A stretch of DNA of 64,000 nt from Lama glama (GCA_028534125.1 CM052816.1:45014001-45078000); one strand, 5' to 3'. Shown: positions 26,951 to 41,799, numbered from the stretch's first letter. The notes: generated from the sequence alone by a model not told the origin. Numbers and translations are program-made.

Positions 26951-28689
26951 GTAATTTATAACTGTGACACCATTACACCATATATAACAGATTTAGGACT
27001 ACAATAATATAAAATATTTTATATGAATTTTTATGGCCTTACCAAATCTTCTTAGTATTAAAGAAATGCAAAAAGTGCTTTCTTGCAATTACAAGCATTA
27101 TAACCTATAAGACATGTTTGAAAAACAAAATTCTTCTGACAACCAATGCCAGAGGTAATAAATAAAGTAATAAGTGATAAAATAAAAATATCACAAAGTA
27201 AAAAATAAAGATTAGCTGAAGGAGAGGAGATTTGATATGAGCATTATAGGAAGTATAGAATTTGTATTGAAGTAGCAGGAGGACTTTGAGACAACAGGAA
27301 TGATCATGAGAAAAGATAGAAGTGGGAATAATTGTTGAGAATGAATTATGTAAAACGACGGAGATCGTTAAGTTTACCTGATCTGCAAAAAAAAACTTGT
27401 TAAGAGAATATATATGTATTTGTGTGTATGAGAGAGAGTGTGTGTGTGTATCTGTGTTGTGTTTCTGTGGTGGGGAGAAGTGAGAGGCGTAGGGAGGTAG
27501 GAAGAAGGCAACCATCAAAGTTGCCAACTTGCAGTTTTCCCAAGGAAGATCTTTTTTAAAATTCTGCCATCAACTATCACCAGTATTTTACGAAGAATGA
27601 ATATTTCATCACAAAAAGTAGGAAAAATAACCTCAAAAATTTTAATTTGAATAATTTTGGCTTTACACTACTCTAACCACATTTTCCATATTTTTATCAT
27701 TTTACCATGGGCTAGTGAAGACTGTCACAAATAAGCTTTGGTGAGTAACTGGCCTGAAAATGGAGAGAGCAAACTGAAATGAATGAAAAAGTCACCACCT
27801 CTTCAAAACTGAGTGATTTCATATGGTTGGCAATCAGTAACTACTGTACATCTCTGAGTAGGTCTAGAAGGCCAAGTAGAACTGAGGAGTGCAGGGGGAG
27901 GGGGAGGCTAGGAGAAAGAACATCCAAAATGACCTGCAGTAACCCAGAAAGATAGAGGGACCAAGATTAGGATGCAGAGGAAAAGGAGAGGACTGGTGGA
28001 AGGAAACCAAAAACAGACTTTAAAATCTTGGAAGGTTTTCTTTTAATGATTTGTACAACAGAGTTCTTAAATGTCTGACACATCAAAATGTTCCATAAAT
28101 CTTGAAAAAATGCTACATAAACAAAGCTATAACTCAGCAATTAGAAAGTATTTCAACATGCTCCACTAGTGTGGGACTATCATGTAAACATCTAGTAGAC
28201 TTGGCCCCAGTCTACTGCAGTAAACTAATCACGTTTATGTGTGCTAATCTCACTTGTGTTTTTATTTTCATTGTGACCCATTTAACCACACCGGCACATG
28301 AAAACAAACAAGCACTAAATGGTTAGTTATTTGTACTTGTGTAACTCTGGAGAAAGAAAGCATTACTTATATTAAACTACAAATATTTATCAGAAGTTAC
28401 TGAAATCAATAGCACATTTTTTATTTTCAATTAGTTTTAGCCTAACTCTAAATCAGTGTTTCTGGAAAAAAATAATAAATGCTTTTTTGCATTAACTTTT
28501 AAAAACATATTTCTTTATACCGGGATTTCTTTTCCACTGTAAATAAATCAATAGATGCCTTAATTTTTTTAAGATGAATTAAAAAATCCAATATCCAATC
28601 AAGTTCACTCTAATGTTATGCATCATTTTGGAAAATGCCTACTGTCAGGCTTTTTAAAAATAACAATAGTGGATTTTTCCATCGTTTTA

Positions 28690-29960
28690 AATGTAAAATA
28701 TTTCAGGCCTATCAAAACATTGAGTAACAGTAGAAATAGCTAAACCCATCCTGAGCTTAAAACAGAAAACAGAACATGAAATTTCCAGTGCACCCCCACA
28801 CACCCCCTAATCCCATCCCAGAGACAAATACTACCTCAGTTTGATGTATATTATTATGATCCAGCATGTTGCTATATCTTTACTACACGTGTAAGCATCT
28901 ATAACCAATGTATGATATTATTTGGCATACCTTAAATTTTTAGACACATAGTGTTCTACTATATGTATGCTTCCCCATTTTGCTCTTCCATCCAACACAA
29001 TGTTGTGATTTAACTACAAGTGACACATCATAACTACGGGTCATTCAGATTTTCTGCCCCATACTATTTACTTATTCATTCTTCTACTGTTGGACAGTTA
29101 GACATTTTTCCATCCTTACATTATGAACAATACAGTCATCAACCTTGTTCCAATTTCCTCGTACACATATGCAAAACTGTCTAAACTCCACATCTTGATG
29201 TACACCATTGCCCTACACAGCCTCTCAGTAGTAATGAGTTCTTTTCTCTTCTTCTCCAAAACTTCTTTTTATGAAATTTTCTAATTACACGCTAGTGTGA
29301 AGGGTGTGAAGTAGTGTTGCAATGAGGTTTAATTTCTTTTGTCCTAATTACAAGTGAGGTAAAGCATCTTTTCTTGCATTGATGGCCAGTCAGTTTTTCT
29401 CTTCTCTGAAATGCCTCTTCATATCTTCGCCTATTTCTCTATTGGGTTGCTGATCTCTTTATTATTGATTGTGTGTTCTTTGTATATTTGGAAGACCATT
29501 CCTTGGAAAGTCAGTAAGAAGCATTGCAAATATCTTCTTTCCATCTGTGGCTCATATTTTTACTTTTAAATGCTTTTTTAATGCACATAAAGTAATACTA
29601 GGAATACCTACCATGCAGCTTCATCTCTTTTGCTTTATGGTTTTTACTTTTTATAACTCATGTCCTATTTAAAATAACAATCACTATTCTGAGGGTGTCA
29701 AGATATTTCTTCATATTTTCTTCTAAAAATTTTCAAGTTTTTCTTTCACCTTAAAGATTTTAATGCTAAAATAGATTTTTGAGTATGATGTTAGGCAAAA
29801 TTTTTATTTTACTTTTTTCCATATGGGCAAAGAATTGTCCTGCCATCATTTATGGAACAGTGTACCCTTTTCTCCTTGATTTTTAAAACATCTCTGTCAT
29901 TTATAATTTTTCTATATATATGAGGATCTGTTTGAGCTTTGTATTCTTTCTCAGCATCAG
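28690..29960 (-). mobile_element. Old L1 (L1M/L1ME) fragment
   Basis: gtgtgaagtagtg...taattacaagtgaggtaaagcatctttt...gcaaatatcttctttccatctgtggc. Confidence 0.8.
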
Positions 29961-30330
29961 GGAATCTTCAAAGAACAAAGTTTTATCTAACTTTTATCAC
30001 TCACTATCTGAATTTTTTTCTATAGGTGAAGTATAAATTACAAAAAAATTTACAACTACATCTTCAAAAAGATTGACAAATGACCTTGATAAAATAGGTC
30101 TCTGCTTTATCATCACCAACTTAGCAGCATAAATTTCAATACGAAACTCTGATTCCCTAGGAAATATTCCACATTCTTACGATCACTTCAAGTTAAAACA
30201 ATCAATTCCAGGTTTTCCCTTTTTTTCTTCCACCTAGGTGGCAGTCAATGAGATGAACCATTGTCCACAATGATAGTATTTGCTGAGAAAGAGAAAGTGG
30301 TGTTGGGGTGGGGGAGGAGTTTGTGCACGT

Positions 30331-30331
<1 letters not shown>

Positions 30332-30374
<43 letters not shown>
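30332..30374. repeat. (CA)n microsatellite
   Basis: Seen directly. Confidence 0.99.
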
Positions 30375-30376
<2 letters not shown>

Positions 30377-30479
30377 CAGTTCAATGCTCACTTTGTTTCT
30401 TCTCTCTTCTGGCTCATATGCTACTTGCTTAGACTCTTTCCCACGTGTCTTCCTTAAAAGGAGACCCCATTTAAGACCC

Positions 30480-30715
30480 AACTGGTGTGATGAAAAATCA
30501 TAGTGCCTCTGGAGCCAGACCACTTTTGATGAGTCCTGGCTCTGTCACTGTCTAGCTGTGAGACCTTGGGCCTATTACTTAACCTCTCTGTGCCCCAGTT
30601 TCCTTACCAGTAACGGTAGATTAAAATGATACCTACTTCACAGGGTTGTTGTGAAGAATAAATGAATTAATATAATTAATATTTCTAAGGCATTTCAGAA
30701 GTACAAGTGCCAGTA
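30480..30715 (+). mobile_element. MIR SINE
   Basis: ctctggagccagac...agctgtgagaccttggg...acttaacctctctgtgccccagtttcct. Confidence 0.85.
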
Positions 30716-33129
30716 GACTCCACTGTCTTTTGGCTCCCAATGTATAACAGAGAACTCCAGTATCAGTCTGAGATTTCTCTCCTTGTAGACCTTGTTCTTT
30801 CTGCCTGAAGTCCTGTACCATTTGCTATTAGTGACTGGAGTTCAGGGATTTTATCACGATATACTAAGTGTTTTCCCTCATCTCTCCAGCTTGGAACTTG
30901 GTGAGATATTATAATCTGTAAACTCATTTCTTTCATTTTACGGAAACTGAGTTCTTTCCTACTTCTTTATTTGTTCACTTATTGTCTGTCTTCCTTGTTC
31001 CTTTTCTGCAACTACCATTACTCACATGTTAGGCTTTCTGGACACATTTTCTAAGTATCTAATTGCTTTCCTCAGATTCCCATCTCTCTATTTTTTTTAC
31101 TATGCATTCTGAGAAATGTCTTGGTACTGATTTTTTAGACTATTTCAGATTTCAACAGGAGCACCTTCTCACCAAGATCCTCTACGAAATTTTATTTGGT
31201 TTTGGTTGTTTTGTTTTTCATTATGTTTTGGTTTTGGCTCCAGAAAGCCTCTTTTGTACTGCATTTTTATTTCCTTGGGTGCTCTTATTTTTGAATTCAG
31301 GATTTCCTTTGTCTCCTTCCAAAAGCTCGATTTCACTTAATATTCTGTCTGACCTTTCGCTCTTTGAATTTTGACCCCCTACTCCTTCTTGATCATTTAG
31401 AAGCTAAAGAGACTGGGTCTACTCATGCTAAGTTTGTTCAGACCCTGTCCCTCAGGGTCTGAAGTCTCCCTGAATCCACTGCTTTCTCACTTTCCTCTGC
31501 CCACTCAGCCACTGGCCCTACTGCCTACCTACACTCAGCTTTCTCAGTTCAATCCAGGAGAAGCACAAAAAATGGAATTGGGAGTGAAAGGAAAATTTTT
31601 CCAGGTACTATCTTCCCAGCATCTTTTTATGCAATTTTTAAAAACTAAGGAAAAAAAAGGCTGGAAGAAAATACACTCACAGAAGTCAGTGTAGAAGATA
31701 GAAATTTTATGGGTGGGGCATGTTTGTTATTTCTACGATTTCAAATGTTCTAAAACAAAGATATATGATTTTAATAAACAAGAAAAGTTATATGTTATTA
31801 TTCATTTTAAAGCCAACTGTTGGCTGCTTGTATGCCACTTAAAAAGTCTATGCTTATTATTGGCTGAAATATGTCACATGCTTTAAATGACAAATAAATT
31901 ACTATCATGACTTAGTTTCAGTTAATGAGAAAACACTTCTAATCCAAATCACTGAATTAAAGACTAGGCTTAAAATGAGATCCAACAAATACTTCACTAT
32001 AATATGCCATCAATTGTTATAGATCATGATTGACTACAGATAACTTTATACAGATTTCAGTATTCAGTCATACATATTGGAATTGCTAAGGATCATTCTA
32101 TTAGCAATACCTCACTTTCATAATTTACTAATGAAAATTTTCTATTTCAATAGGTTAAATGATATATTGGGAAAATGTCTACCCTGAGTGGATATTTACC
32201 TCTATCTATTCTTAATTTTGAACTTGTTCTTTATAGTTAAAAAGTACATAAGAATGATTTAAAGTTTCAAACAGTACAAAAGGTACACACTGAAAATGAG
32301 GCTTATGAATCACTCATCCTCCTACCTGTCCAAGCATTAAATTTCTTATCATTCCCAGAAAACGTATATATGATACAAGTATACACACAATTAAATATCC
32401 TTTTAAAAAATGTAAACATACAGTAATTTTGTCCTGTGCCTTGCTTTTTTCCAAGCAGCAACATATCTTGGAGATCATTCCTTATTTTTGAATAGCTGTG
32501 TAATCTTCCACTTCTACATAATCATTAAATGGGTTTCACATCTCCCTGATCACCCACAAAGGTAATTATTATCTCCTGGGGTCCAAGGCTTCACAGACAT
32601 GAGAACCAGAATTCAGGAAAGATTTGAAATATTACAGTATTCTATCCTAATTTTCAGTTTTATACTTCAGAAATATATTTAATTTAATCATTATTATGCT
32701 TCTGTGTTGAAAAAGATATTTCACCAACTGCTGCTATTTCTGGCATGATTTAGTTTCCCTAAGCAGAAGTCCTTTCCATTTCCACATGTTCTCTCCTGTC
32801 TGGCCTGTAAGGGGCACACTGACTGGTGTGCAGGAGGCACAGCTGTTGAAGACCCTGCCAATACTTCCATTTCTCAGGCCATCCCTTCACATAGTCTTGA
32901 TTTCTTTTTCCCCAGCACCAGACATTTTTCTAGCTCTTTCATTTTAACATGTTAAATATACTAAGAAGCTCTTCTCATAAGGTGGTGGGTGCTAGACTAA
33001 GATATTTGACTATAAATTAAAGCAGATTTGCAAGGTCAGCATTTTTAGGTTAGGTGCCTGTTTTTGTAGCATCCTAGAGGGAAGAGCAGCAGAGCTAGCT
33101 GCAAAAGAGGGCTTAGCAGGGGCTTCAGG

Positions 33130-33318
33130 GCCAGTGTAGCACCAGGCAAAGTGAAAGCCACCATTCCTTAGCCCCTTGCCAAGGTAGACATCACTAGTTG
33201 ATCCCTGCTGTCTATGCTGCTGAGACCTGATTAGGATTCACAGTCTTTCTCAATACAGCATTCCAGGCAGGCATTCTCAAGTGACTACCAGTGACCAATA
33301 AGATTATGCTATCCCAGG
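33130..33318. mobile_element. MER102-like hAT element
   Basis: gtagacatcactagttgatc...tctttctcaatacagcattccaggcag. Confidence 0.55.
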
Positions 33319-34059
33319 TTTAGGCTAAATTACAGATGAGGCAAACTGCATTCTTCCACAGTAACATGTCTCATTATACACAAAGTAGTTTAAATATTTC
33401 GCTCTTATTACCTCTTATTACCTCTCCTGGTCTTTTTTTTTTCTTTTTCTTTTTAACTTGATTTTTATGATTATATTATTATTATTTATTGCTTTATTTT
33501 ATTTGGTCCTCAATCATGAACAATTTGTCTTTTCAATTATCTGATGCTTTTAAGTGTAGTCTTAACCCCAACTACAGTTTAGTTACTGAGTGCTCATATC
33601 TAATACAAATAAATCTGTTTAAGCAACTAGTCTGTGATCAGGATTTTGCTGAGTTGATGAGATGAATTCATCCGTGATCTCACTGTTGATACACAGTTCA
33701 GAGATGCACGTTGACAAGAGTATCAGGTGTAGCTGCACTTGCTGTGAAATCATATTACACATTTTTATATCTTACAAGGATGTATACTTTTAGTTTATGC
33801 CAAGTATATAACTAACCATCTAATATACCCTGGATTCTGGACACTAGAGGATAATGTCTCAGCCTAAAAATGTGAATAAAAAGTTATTTATAGTTTACTG
33901 TAATTGAAATGAAAGCATGTCTACATGACAGGAGAATAACTAAGTTTTAGCAAGAGGTCCATAGGCTAGAGAATCCGGGCTCATTTAAGGACCTAGTTTA
34001 CCTTACAGTGGAGTTGCCTCTGGAAGGCACTTCCCTAAAATAACAGGACAGAGTCTGAC

Positions 34060-34260
34060 CCTGGTCAATAGTTGAAAGAGGTGGGCTTTGAAATTAGTCA
34101 CTACTCAGTGTCTTACTAGCTATATGATACTTAGCAAGTTATTAATCTTTGAGAGCCTCCATTTCCTCATCTGTAAGATGGAACTAGTATCTCCTAACTT
34201 GTAAGGATAACATCATAAAGATTAGAAATAGGTTAAAAAATTTTTAAGGCAAAGCTCTTT
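34060..34260 (+). mobile_element. MIR SINE
   Basis: cttactagctatatga...gcaagttattaatc...gagcctccatttcctcatctgtaagatgg. Confidence 0.8.
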
Positions 34261-34539
34261 TGGTTATTTATAAAGTTGTTGTTTCTGATGGTTTTGTTAG
34301 ACTTGGAGCTAAGAAGGCAGTGTTGCACAGGCCTGGGTCTGGGAAGTGACCGCAGGGTAAATGAGCAAGAGGTCCACAGACTACTGAGTAGCTGCCCTCC
34401 TGTTAGGTTTGGATCTCTGACCCAGGCTCTGAAACCCAGAAATTGTCTTGTTCCTTCTAGGTAAACATGACACAGCAGACGCTGACCCTTATGATGTTTG
34501 CACAAAATATTTCTTCTCGTTCTATCACCCAGGTGTCCA

Positions 34540-34800
34540 CTGAGGCATCCCTGCTGCCCTGGCACCTGCAACTGTAAATGTTGTCACTATGCTTTATTCT
34601 CTTTGTAGCTTTTTCACTACTTGAAATTATATTCTCTGCTTGTAAGTTAACTTGCTCATTATTTGACTCTACCACTAAAAACATAAATTCTATGAGAGAA
34701 GGTAATTTGTCTCTCTTTTTCACATTGGATCCTCAACGCCCAGAACAGTGGCTGGAATATGCAGTGAATTCAACAAATATTTGTTAAATGAACAAATGAT
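34540..34800 (+). mobile_element. L2 3' end
   Basis: cagaacagtggctggaatatgcagtgaattcaacaaatatttgttaaatgaa. Confidence 0.8.
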
Positions 34801-34949
34801 TTAAATAATTGTACTCTTTCTATGGAGCTGAACATAGAACTCAGCTCTGATTCAAGAAGTACTAAATAATTCAGTAATACAAAAAATACTATTGGGCAAT
34901 GTTGATTTTACTGAACATTTTGTATGGGAAATGAAGACAGGATTTATAC

Positions 34950-37140
34950 TGGCACTCTTCATTAAAAATTGCTCAACCTCACTCATAACAAAAAGGATGC
35001 AAATTAAAACTGCACCAAGAAGCTTGAGGAGCATAAGAGGAATGAAGAAAACTTCTTTGGAAAATGGGGGGAGGGAGGACAGAAGGGGAGGCACCTGGCA
35101 CAAAGCGTAAAGCAGCATGGAAAGTCTTTATGTGGGAGATGGGTGATGTGTTACATACAAGGGAATGATCAGATAGTGAGTATGTAAGGATAATGTGAGC
35201 TAGGTTTCTCACTGTCAGAGAAGGGAGTTAAAAATACGGATAGGGAGAAAACAAAAACGAATCATGTGGTGTCAGAGAAGAACTGAAGATATGGTATCAA
35301 CTTACAGTTTTTAATATAGAAATACAAGACAAATATAGACTTAGATCCGTATCTGTTTATTAAGAGGGCCTAGGAACAGAGATACCCAACAGCAAGGAGC
35401 ATACCTAGCACTAGATCTTGGCTTCCACATACCATTCTCCACTAAAAGTTTCCTTGAAGAAATGAATAATTACAGGTCTGGTGCAGGAAAAATACAAGAT
35501 GACCTTGGAACATCTCTTTGAATCAGAAAAACAAGGAAATGCTCACAAAATGATGGAAATAAGTTAAAAAAAAAAAAGAGAGAGAGGAGCAAGCTTAAAG
35601 GAGCTCCCACTGACCAAATCTAGGACAATTTGACCAACAAAATAAAAATGATAGTAACAGATTATGAACCACTGAATATAAGAGAAACCAATGAGTCCAT
35701 AGTGATGTAACTAAAAGAAACAAATTAATAAATTGAATTTTAATACCGAAAGAGATATTTACATAATTTCAAAGTAAACACTTATTAATTACAAAAGGAA
35801 AAGACTAAATTTACAGTGACGAAAACTGGCACCCATGACTTTGATTAGATGACCAGAACGAACATCATCATTAATACAATAATTCAAAATTATTCACCAC
35901 CTGATAGGTTACCAGGAGAACACAGTATCATTTCTGTGATATTCCTGCCAAAGACGTATAATCTGTATTGAGTCAAAAGGATATGTCAGGCAAACCCAAA
36001 TTAAGAGGAATTTTATAAAGTATCTGGCCTATAATCTTTAAAAGTATCAAGATTATGAAAGTTAAAGAAAGCAGAAGGAAACATTTCTGACTGAAAGAGG
36101 TTAAAGAGGTCAGGCAGCTAAGCACAACACATGATTCTGGATTGGATATTTTTGCTATCAAGGACATAGTACATATGGATAATGAGCAAAACATGAATGG
36201 AATCTGAGGATTAGATGGTAGTAATGTATCAAAGCTAATGCCCGGAAATTGATAGTTTTATTTTGGTTACAAAGAGAACATACTTGTTTGTAAGATATCC
36301 ATCCTAAGTTTTCCATAGTGCAGGGATGTCATGTCAGCAACTTACTCTTAAGTAGTTCAGGGGAACAGTTTTTTGTGCTTGCAACTTTTCCATAAGTTTG
36401 AGATAGTTTGATGTTTTTGAAAAACTGAACTTTAAAAAAAAACAAAACATAGACACCAAGATGCCATTATTCACCTCTCACATTTGTGGAATTGTAGAAG
36501 TTTGACAATACATTCTGTTGGCAAAGCTTTGGGAAAACAGGAACTTTCATTTATTTCTGTTGGGAGCTATAAATTAGTACAGTCCCTTAGGAGGGAAATG
36601 TATCAATGTCTACCAGAATTCCAGCTGCATATATCTTGTCCAACAATACCACTACTGGGAATTTATTCTATGGGTATGCATGTGCTAATGCAAAACAAGC
36701 TCTATATAAGTTTATTCAATATTATAAATGCAAATAATTGGAAATAACCCAATGTCCATAAATAGGTTATATTAATTATGGTACATTGATAAAATGGAAT
36801 ACAGTGTGATAATGAAAAGAATTAGAAAGCTCTCTATGTGGTGATAGGAAAGATGTCCAAAATATATAGTATAATCTGAAAAAAATTAAGGTATAGAACA
36901 ATGTATGTAATAAGCTAAATTCGGTATAAAAAAAGCAGAGGATAAAAATAAAAATCAATATTCATATTTGCTTTTATGTGTATAAAGAAATTTTAAAGCT
37001 TATATAAGAAAACAATAACAGGGGTTACATGGAGGGAGGGGTGAGCACCGAGGGACCAGGATATTAAGGAAACGTTATGGTCCATGTTTCCATACTTCTG
37101 TCGAAACATGTATTTCTATCATCTATTCAAAATTTTATTT
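34950..37140 (+). mobile_element. Old L1 3' regions (an L1MC-like copy at ~35030-36425 nested in an L1ME-like copy)
   Basis: The outer copy (atgcaaattaaaac) resumes at ~36450 (agatgccattattcacc); the inner copy carries L1MC motifs. Confidence 0.7.
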
Positions 37141-38199
37141 TAAAAAATTCCTCATGAAAAATTTTTGTTTTTCAAAGTCTTTCCTTAACCAAATAACTGC
37201 TTCCATTTATTTCCTCTTTAAAGTGTCTGGCAAGCTGGTGCCTTACTCCTCCCCGTATTCCCCATAATCTCACATTCCAGTCACCTCATAAATACCCCAA
37301 AACTCAGCCCTCTCCTACACTCAGCCTCCAAACCTACTTACCAACTCTTGAGGAAAGTGACCAAAACAAAGGGCCTTACATGGAAGGGAATTCTCCCCTG
37401 CAGGTGAGGGAGGTGGGTTCTGATAACTACTCCCAACTAGTTCATCAAAGTAAATATATCCATCCTTCTTCCAAGAGAAATGCCAAAGAATGGGATTTCC
37501 TCCACCTCAGGAAGTACTTGTTTGCCCATGAGTGTGCCCCTCTGGCCACACACACAGCATTTTCCACCCCATGACTTTCCCCTGCTCTTCATTTTGGTGG
37601 GTCCTAATACACAAGGGCCACCATCCCTCTTATCTAACAGTGAACTAAGCTGCATCTATCTCTAAATAGGCCAAAGGCTCTGCCCAAATTTGGAGAAACA
37701 TTTAAGAACTAGTCAAAACTTAGGATTTTTGGCTCAAACACAAGATGAGAAGGATAAACAAACCCAGCCCAAATGGAATCTAGTTCTGATGTATTTTCCT
37801 GCTTTCCAATTAAAGCCAAATGTTTGGATACTTCCCAAATTACCACTGATGAAATCTGCTGTATTATTTTGCCTTTGAAAAACAGATAAACTTATATGTA
37901 TATTGTTAATAGACTAATGCATGCTAATGTTTAGTTTGTTTGCCTCAGGGTGTCACCAATCTCCAACACGCCTGGACCGATGAAGTCTTTGATGGACTGA
38001 CTGACACATTTGCTCCCTGGGCCACACATATACCAAAGAATTGTGGGAGCCACATGTGGTCAGAATACCCTCTCACAACTTTCTACCATTATTTTTCTCC
38101 CTGCCAAGGACATAGGGGCGCCAGGGAAAAAGACTCTATGGTATCAGGGAGCAGATAACACCAACATTAGAAAAAGTAAAGTTTCTGACATAATCTTAT

Positions 38200-38390
38200 T
38201 TCAAAATAATACTAGCAATCTCAAACATTTCAGCAGGGCATTTCAGAACCCAATGTCATAGTTACCCCATGTGATTTCTACAAGTTGGGGGTGGCTATAA
38301 TTATCACAATTTCATATATCAGAAAATGAAGATTCAGAGACCATCAATGAATTTTCCCAGACCACACAGCTAGGAAGGAATAAGGCCCCT
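38200..38390 (-). mobile_element. MIR SINE
   Basis: gaaaatgaagattcagaga...ttttcccagaccacacagctag. Confidence 0.65.
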
Positions 38391-39559
38391 CTCAGCCTGA
38401 ATTAGCCTTATCTTCCATGATCTCAGAGTAAATCTCTGAATATCAAGTTTAATAACTCTATCAGTAATGGGTATTTCTAAATTCAAATGAGTTTAAAATT
38501 TTACGAGGCTATCTAATGCCTCGAGAAGAGTGTCTGCAGGGGCTGGGAATTCCAGAAAATAGGAGGTAAAAAGGTTAATTTATTCTGACAGAAGGATGAT
38601 TAATATAAGGTAAGATTATCTATCTCTAATTAACCTAATCCATTATTGAGTTCTTAACAAGAAGGATATAGAGATCAGAAATGTCACTCAGAAAGAATTC
38701 AGCTGAGAAAGTTTGAAGACAGTATTGCTCTGGGAATGATGATCATTCTATTTGTTAGCCATTGGGGATGCTTAAAACCATCTTCCTATTTAAGCCAGAA
38801 CCTAAAATACTTCCTTATTCAAACCTCTCTTAAGAGGACTATGAGGTGTAAGATTAACAAGTAAATTTTAACATCTACTTAAATAAAAATTATCTTTCAA
38901 AGGTCTTAAATGGAGATCTGTTTATTTTTTTCTAAATCGACACTAATTCTGCTTTTTACATTCAAAGTCTTCCTAATAAAAAGTCAAATTTTGTTACTGA
39001 GCTATATTCTTGACTGACGATTTAACAACAGGTTAAACTCTCTCTCGCTGACCCATCTCATTCCTGCCATCTTCCAATAGGAAGTCAGACAAAACAACTA
39101 TAGTATTATTCATCAATAGTATTTCTGATGACTGTGGAAAACCAATTCTGCTTTAAGCATGCCTAACTAAAAATCTTAAGACACTGAAAAGATCTGGTTT
39201 GCCATATCCTGTGGCCTAGAGTTTGTGCTTTTTTTCTTTTCATTGTAAACTGCAGTATCAAATAAGAATGAAGGATATCATTTAGTTCAGTTTTATAAAA
39301 ATAGAACAACGAATGGGATTTTTCTTGTCTTGGAATTAGTTATTCTGACTGAAAAACGATGTCAAAAAGGCACGAAGATTCCATGCTTTTAAAGGCCTCT
39401 CCAACCACTGGGGCCAAAAGCCTCCTGAAGGACCTACTCAGAGGCAGGGGAACCACCACGGCTCCTCCCAGCCAACGTCTCAGTCCTAGGTGGGCAGAAA
39501 AATACTTCCCCTCAACTCTCCAGAAGCCAAGTGAACAGAGTTTCAATGGAATACAGAAT

Positions 39560-40456
39560 GTGAGTGCTGGCAAGGAGGAAAGATTGACAGCCTACTACCT
39601 AACTAAATACCTGCAGTCAGGGACCTAGAAAACAACATGATGCGATGCCTGCCTTCAAAGTGCAGAGAATCTGTGAGGGAATCTGGGGAAGAATTTGACA
39701 TGTGTCTTTTGGACTTCGAGACTGTATCTGAACACCAAGAACTATGTCTGTTTCTTTTCTGCAGTTTTTGAAGGAAGAGGATTTGTTGGCTGGGCCCAGG
39801 AAAGTGGGGCAAAAGACACCATGTAATACAAACTTAAGAAGGTGGTGAGAAAACCTCCAACCCATTTCAGGTTTCCTTATCTATCAGAGGGTACAGAGGA
39901 GGACCTCTATGGTTGACTTGATATGAAGGAATATAGAGAAGAGGGGAGAAATTGTTGGGATGTGGACCAAAGGCAAGACTATAGGAAGACATGGGAACTC
40001 CCCCTGGGGGTGTTCTCAGTGATGTGGTGGACAAGGGTAAAACTATACAACTCTAAAAACTGCACAAAGTTATGAGTAGACCACATCCTCAGAGACCACA
40101 AGCAGCAACAGAATCATGTACTGTCTTGTGGGGAGGGGCACTCCTCATCCCCAGTAAGCAACCCCTGCTGTCTCACAATACTTCTCCCCAACAAAGGAGC
40201 TAGATGCTAGTAGAGGGAATTGAGAGGATTATGTCTGAATCAGATTTGAGATTAGATTTTTACACTGGAGTGAAATTAGTCTGGTTTTGCTTTGTTTTTT
40301 TTAATAGCTTAAAGTGATGAGAAAGTTGTGTAATGTGCCCAAGAAATTGTCTTGGGAGATTCTACATAGCACCACTGGGAATTGCGATTTGAGAAAAATA
40401 AAAACATTACTGTGTTAATATCCACAAAGTAGAGTCTATTCAATAAAACTGTTTAC
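39560..40456 (+). mobile_element. Ancient LTR, possibly Gypsy-type (MamGypLTR-like)
   Basis: 3' end aataaaaacattac...attcaataaaactgtttaca resembles recalled MamGypLTR termini. Confidence 0.35.
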
Positions 40457-41069
40457 ACTGAAATGTTGACTTTTTAAAGCAAGCTGGGAGAGGTTGCTTG
40501 GGGGTGGGGAAGTTTATTACACATTGTCCTAAAAATAATGGACAATGAAAAGAACAACATAACAAAAAAACAAGTCATTTCTTAAATGTAGGGATTATGG
40601 AAGATTCAAAAGAATAAAAAATCATACAGATTTTATTTTATTATATAAATTGAAGACACATACTACCCATGTCTTTTCCAAAAGGAGATATTTTTAGTAA
40701 AACCAATCTAGGATTTGTTAAGACCTTTAAGTTTTTAACGTACTGCTTTGTACTTTATGAGTAAGGGACTAAATTCTCAGTATGCACTTTCATATCCACA
40801 GTGTCCATGACAGATCTGAACCATAATGTTCAGGCCATGATTTTCAAATCAATCTATCACCTTCTACCCACTTCTTCCTTTCCTGTCATATCTTGGTCAT
40901 TGTTCCACAGTCACTGACGATTTGGGAAAGGGGAATAGTTTTAATTATTTTTGCAATGTAGACTTATTATTTTTGTAATTAAGAAAAATAAAAGAATTCG
41001 TATTTTATTCATCATCCTCCCCTCTATATCAAATCATGCTTTATCCTGCATAAATTCAACACCACACAT

Positions 41070-41530
41070 GCAATCTGCCGGTGCTGAACATCTTTTGTTT
41101 CTGCCAGCATAGCACCTGTTCTCTTTCTTCTCTTAACAGCACCTTTGTTTTTCTTTGAGGAACTACCCCTTTTCCATTTCATGCAGGCTTGGTAGAAACC
41201 TCAACCTCCGGGCCAAGGAGATGGGCACAAGACCCAAGCAAAATCATCAAACTTTAACCTTTCCCTCGGTATGTGAATCCTGAGAAGTAACACAGGAATA
41301 GATGATGGAAGAGCTGATTCATCCCAATAGTGATCATCTTAAGAGACTTCCTAATTCCTGTAACAGCAAAGCTGCAAGCTTCCTGTATATCTGGGGCATG
41401 ATTGTTCAGCCTGACTTTTAATTCTGTGAGCTATCCAATATACTCATAAAAAATCCTTTCCCTCCCCACTCCTATGCACATACCCTTAAGTTAGACAGAG
41501 TTGGTTTTGATTGATAGGGACCAAATCTCA
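41070..41530 (+). mobile_element. ERVL LTR (LTR16-like)
   Basis: taacagcacc...gaactacccc...ctgtgagcta...cttaagttagacagagttggtttt. Confidence 0.5.
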
Positions 41531-41799
41531 CAAGGACCTTGGAAAAGGCATGACTCATCTCTACTATCCCTATTCCAGACCCCCTCCTCGCTTTCTCTAC
41601 TTTCCTAATAGTTTAAAGAACGATTCATTTCAACATTCAATATTCATTTTCTTCATGTCAACCTCTCTCTAGCCAGTATCTTCAACTTAGGCATACCATG
41701 CCTTTCCATTTAATTGCTTCCCTGATAAAAACTGCCTCCTCCACTCCTAGGGCCAGGGGGCATTGGAGAAAATACTACAACCCTTCAGGTTAGTGTCTT

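Noticed and set aside
33402..33425. Short tandem duplications (also ~19531, ~46264, ~59031)
   Set aside because: Common replication-slippage products with no sign of function.
39125..39140. CTGATGA...GAAA resembling a hammerhead ribozyme core
   Set aside because: Only 5 nt available for stem II, wrong closing pair, and no complementary stems I or III.
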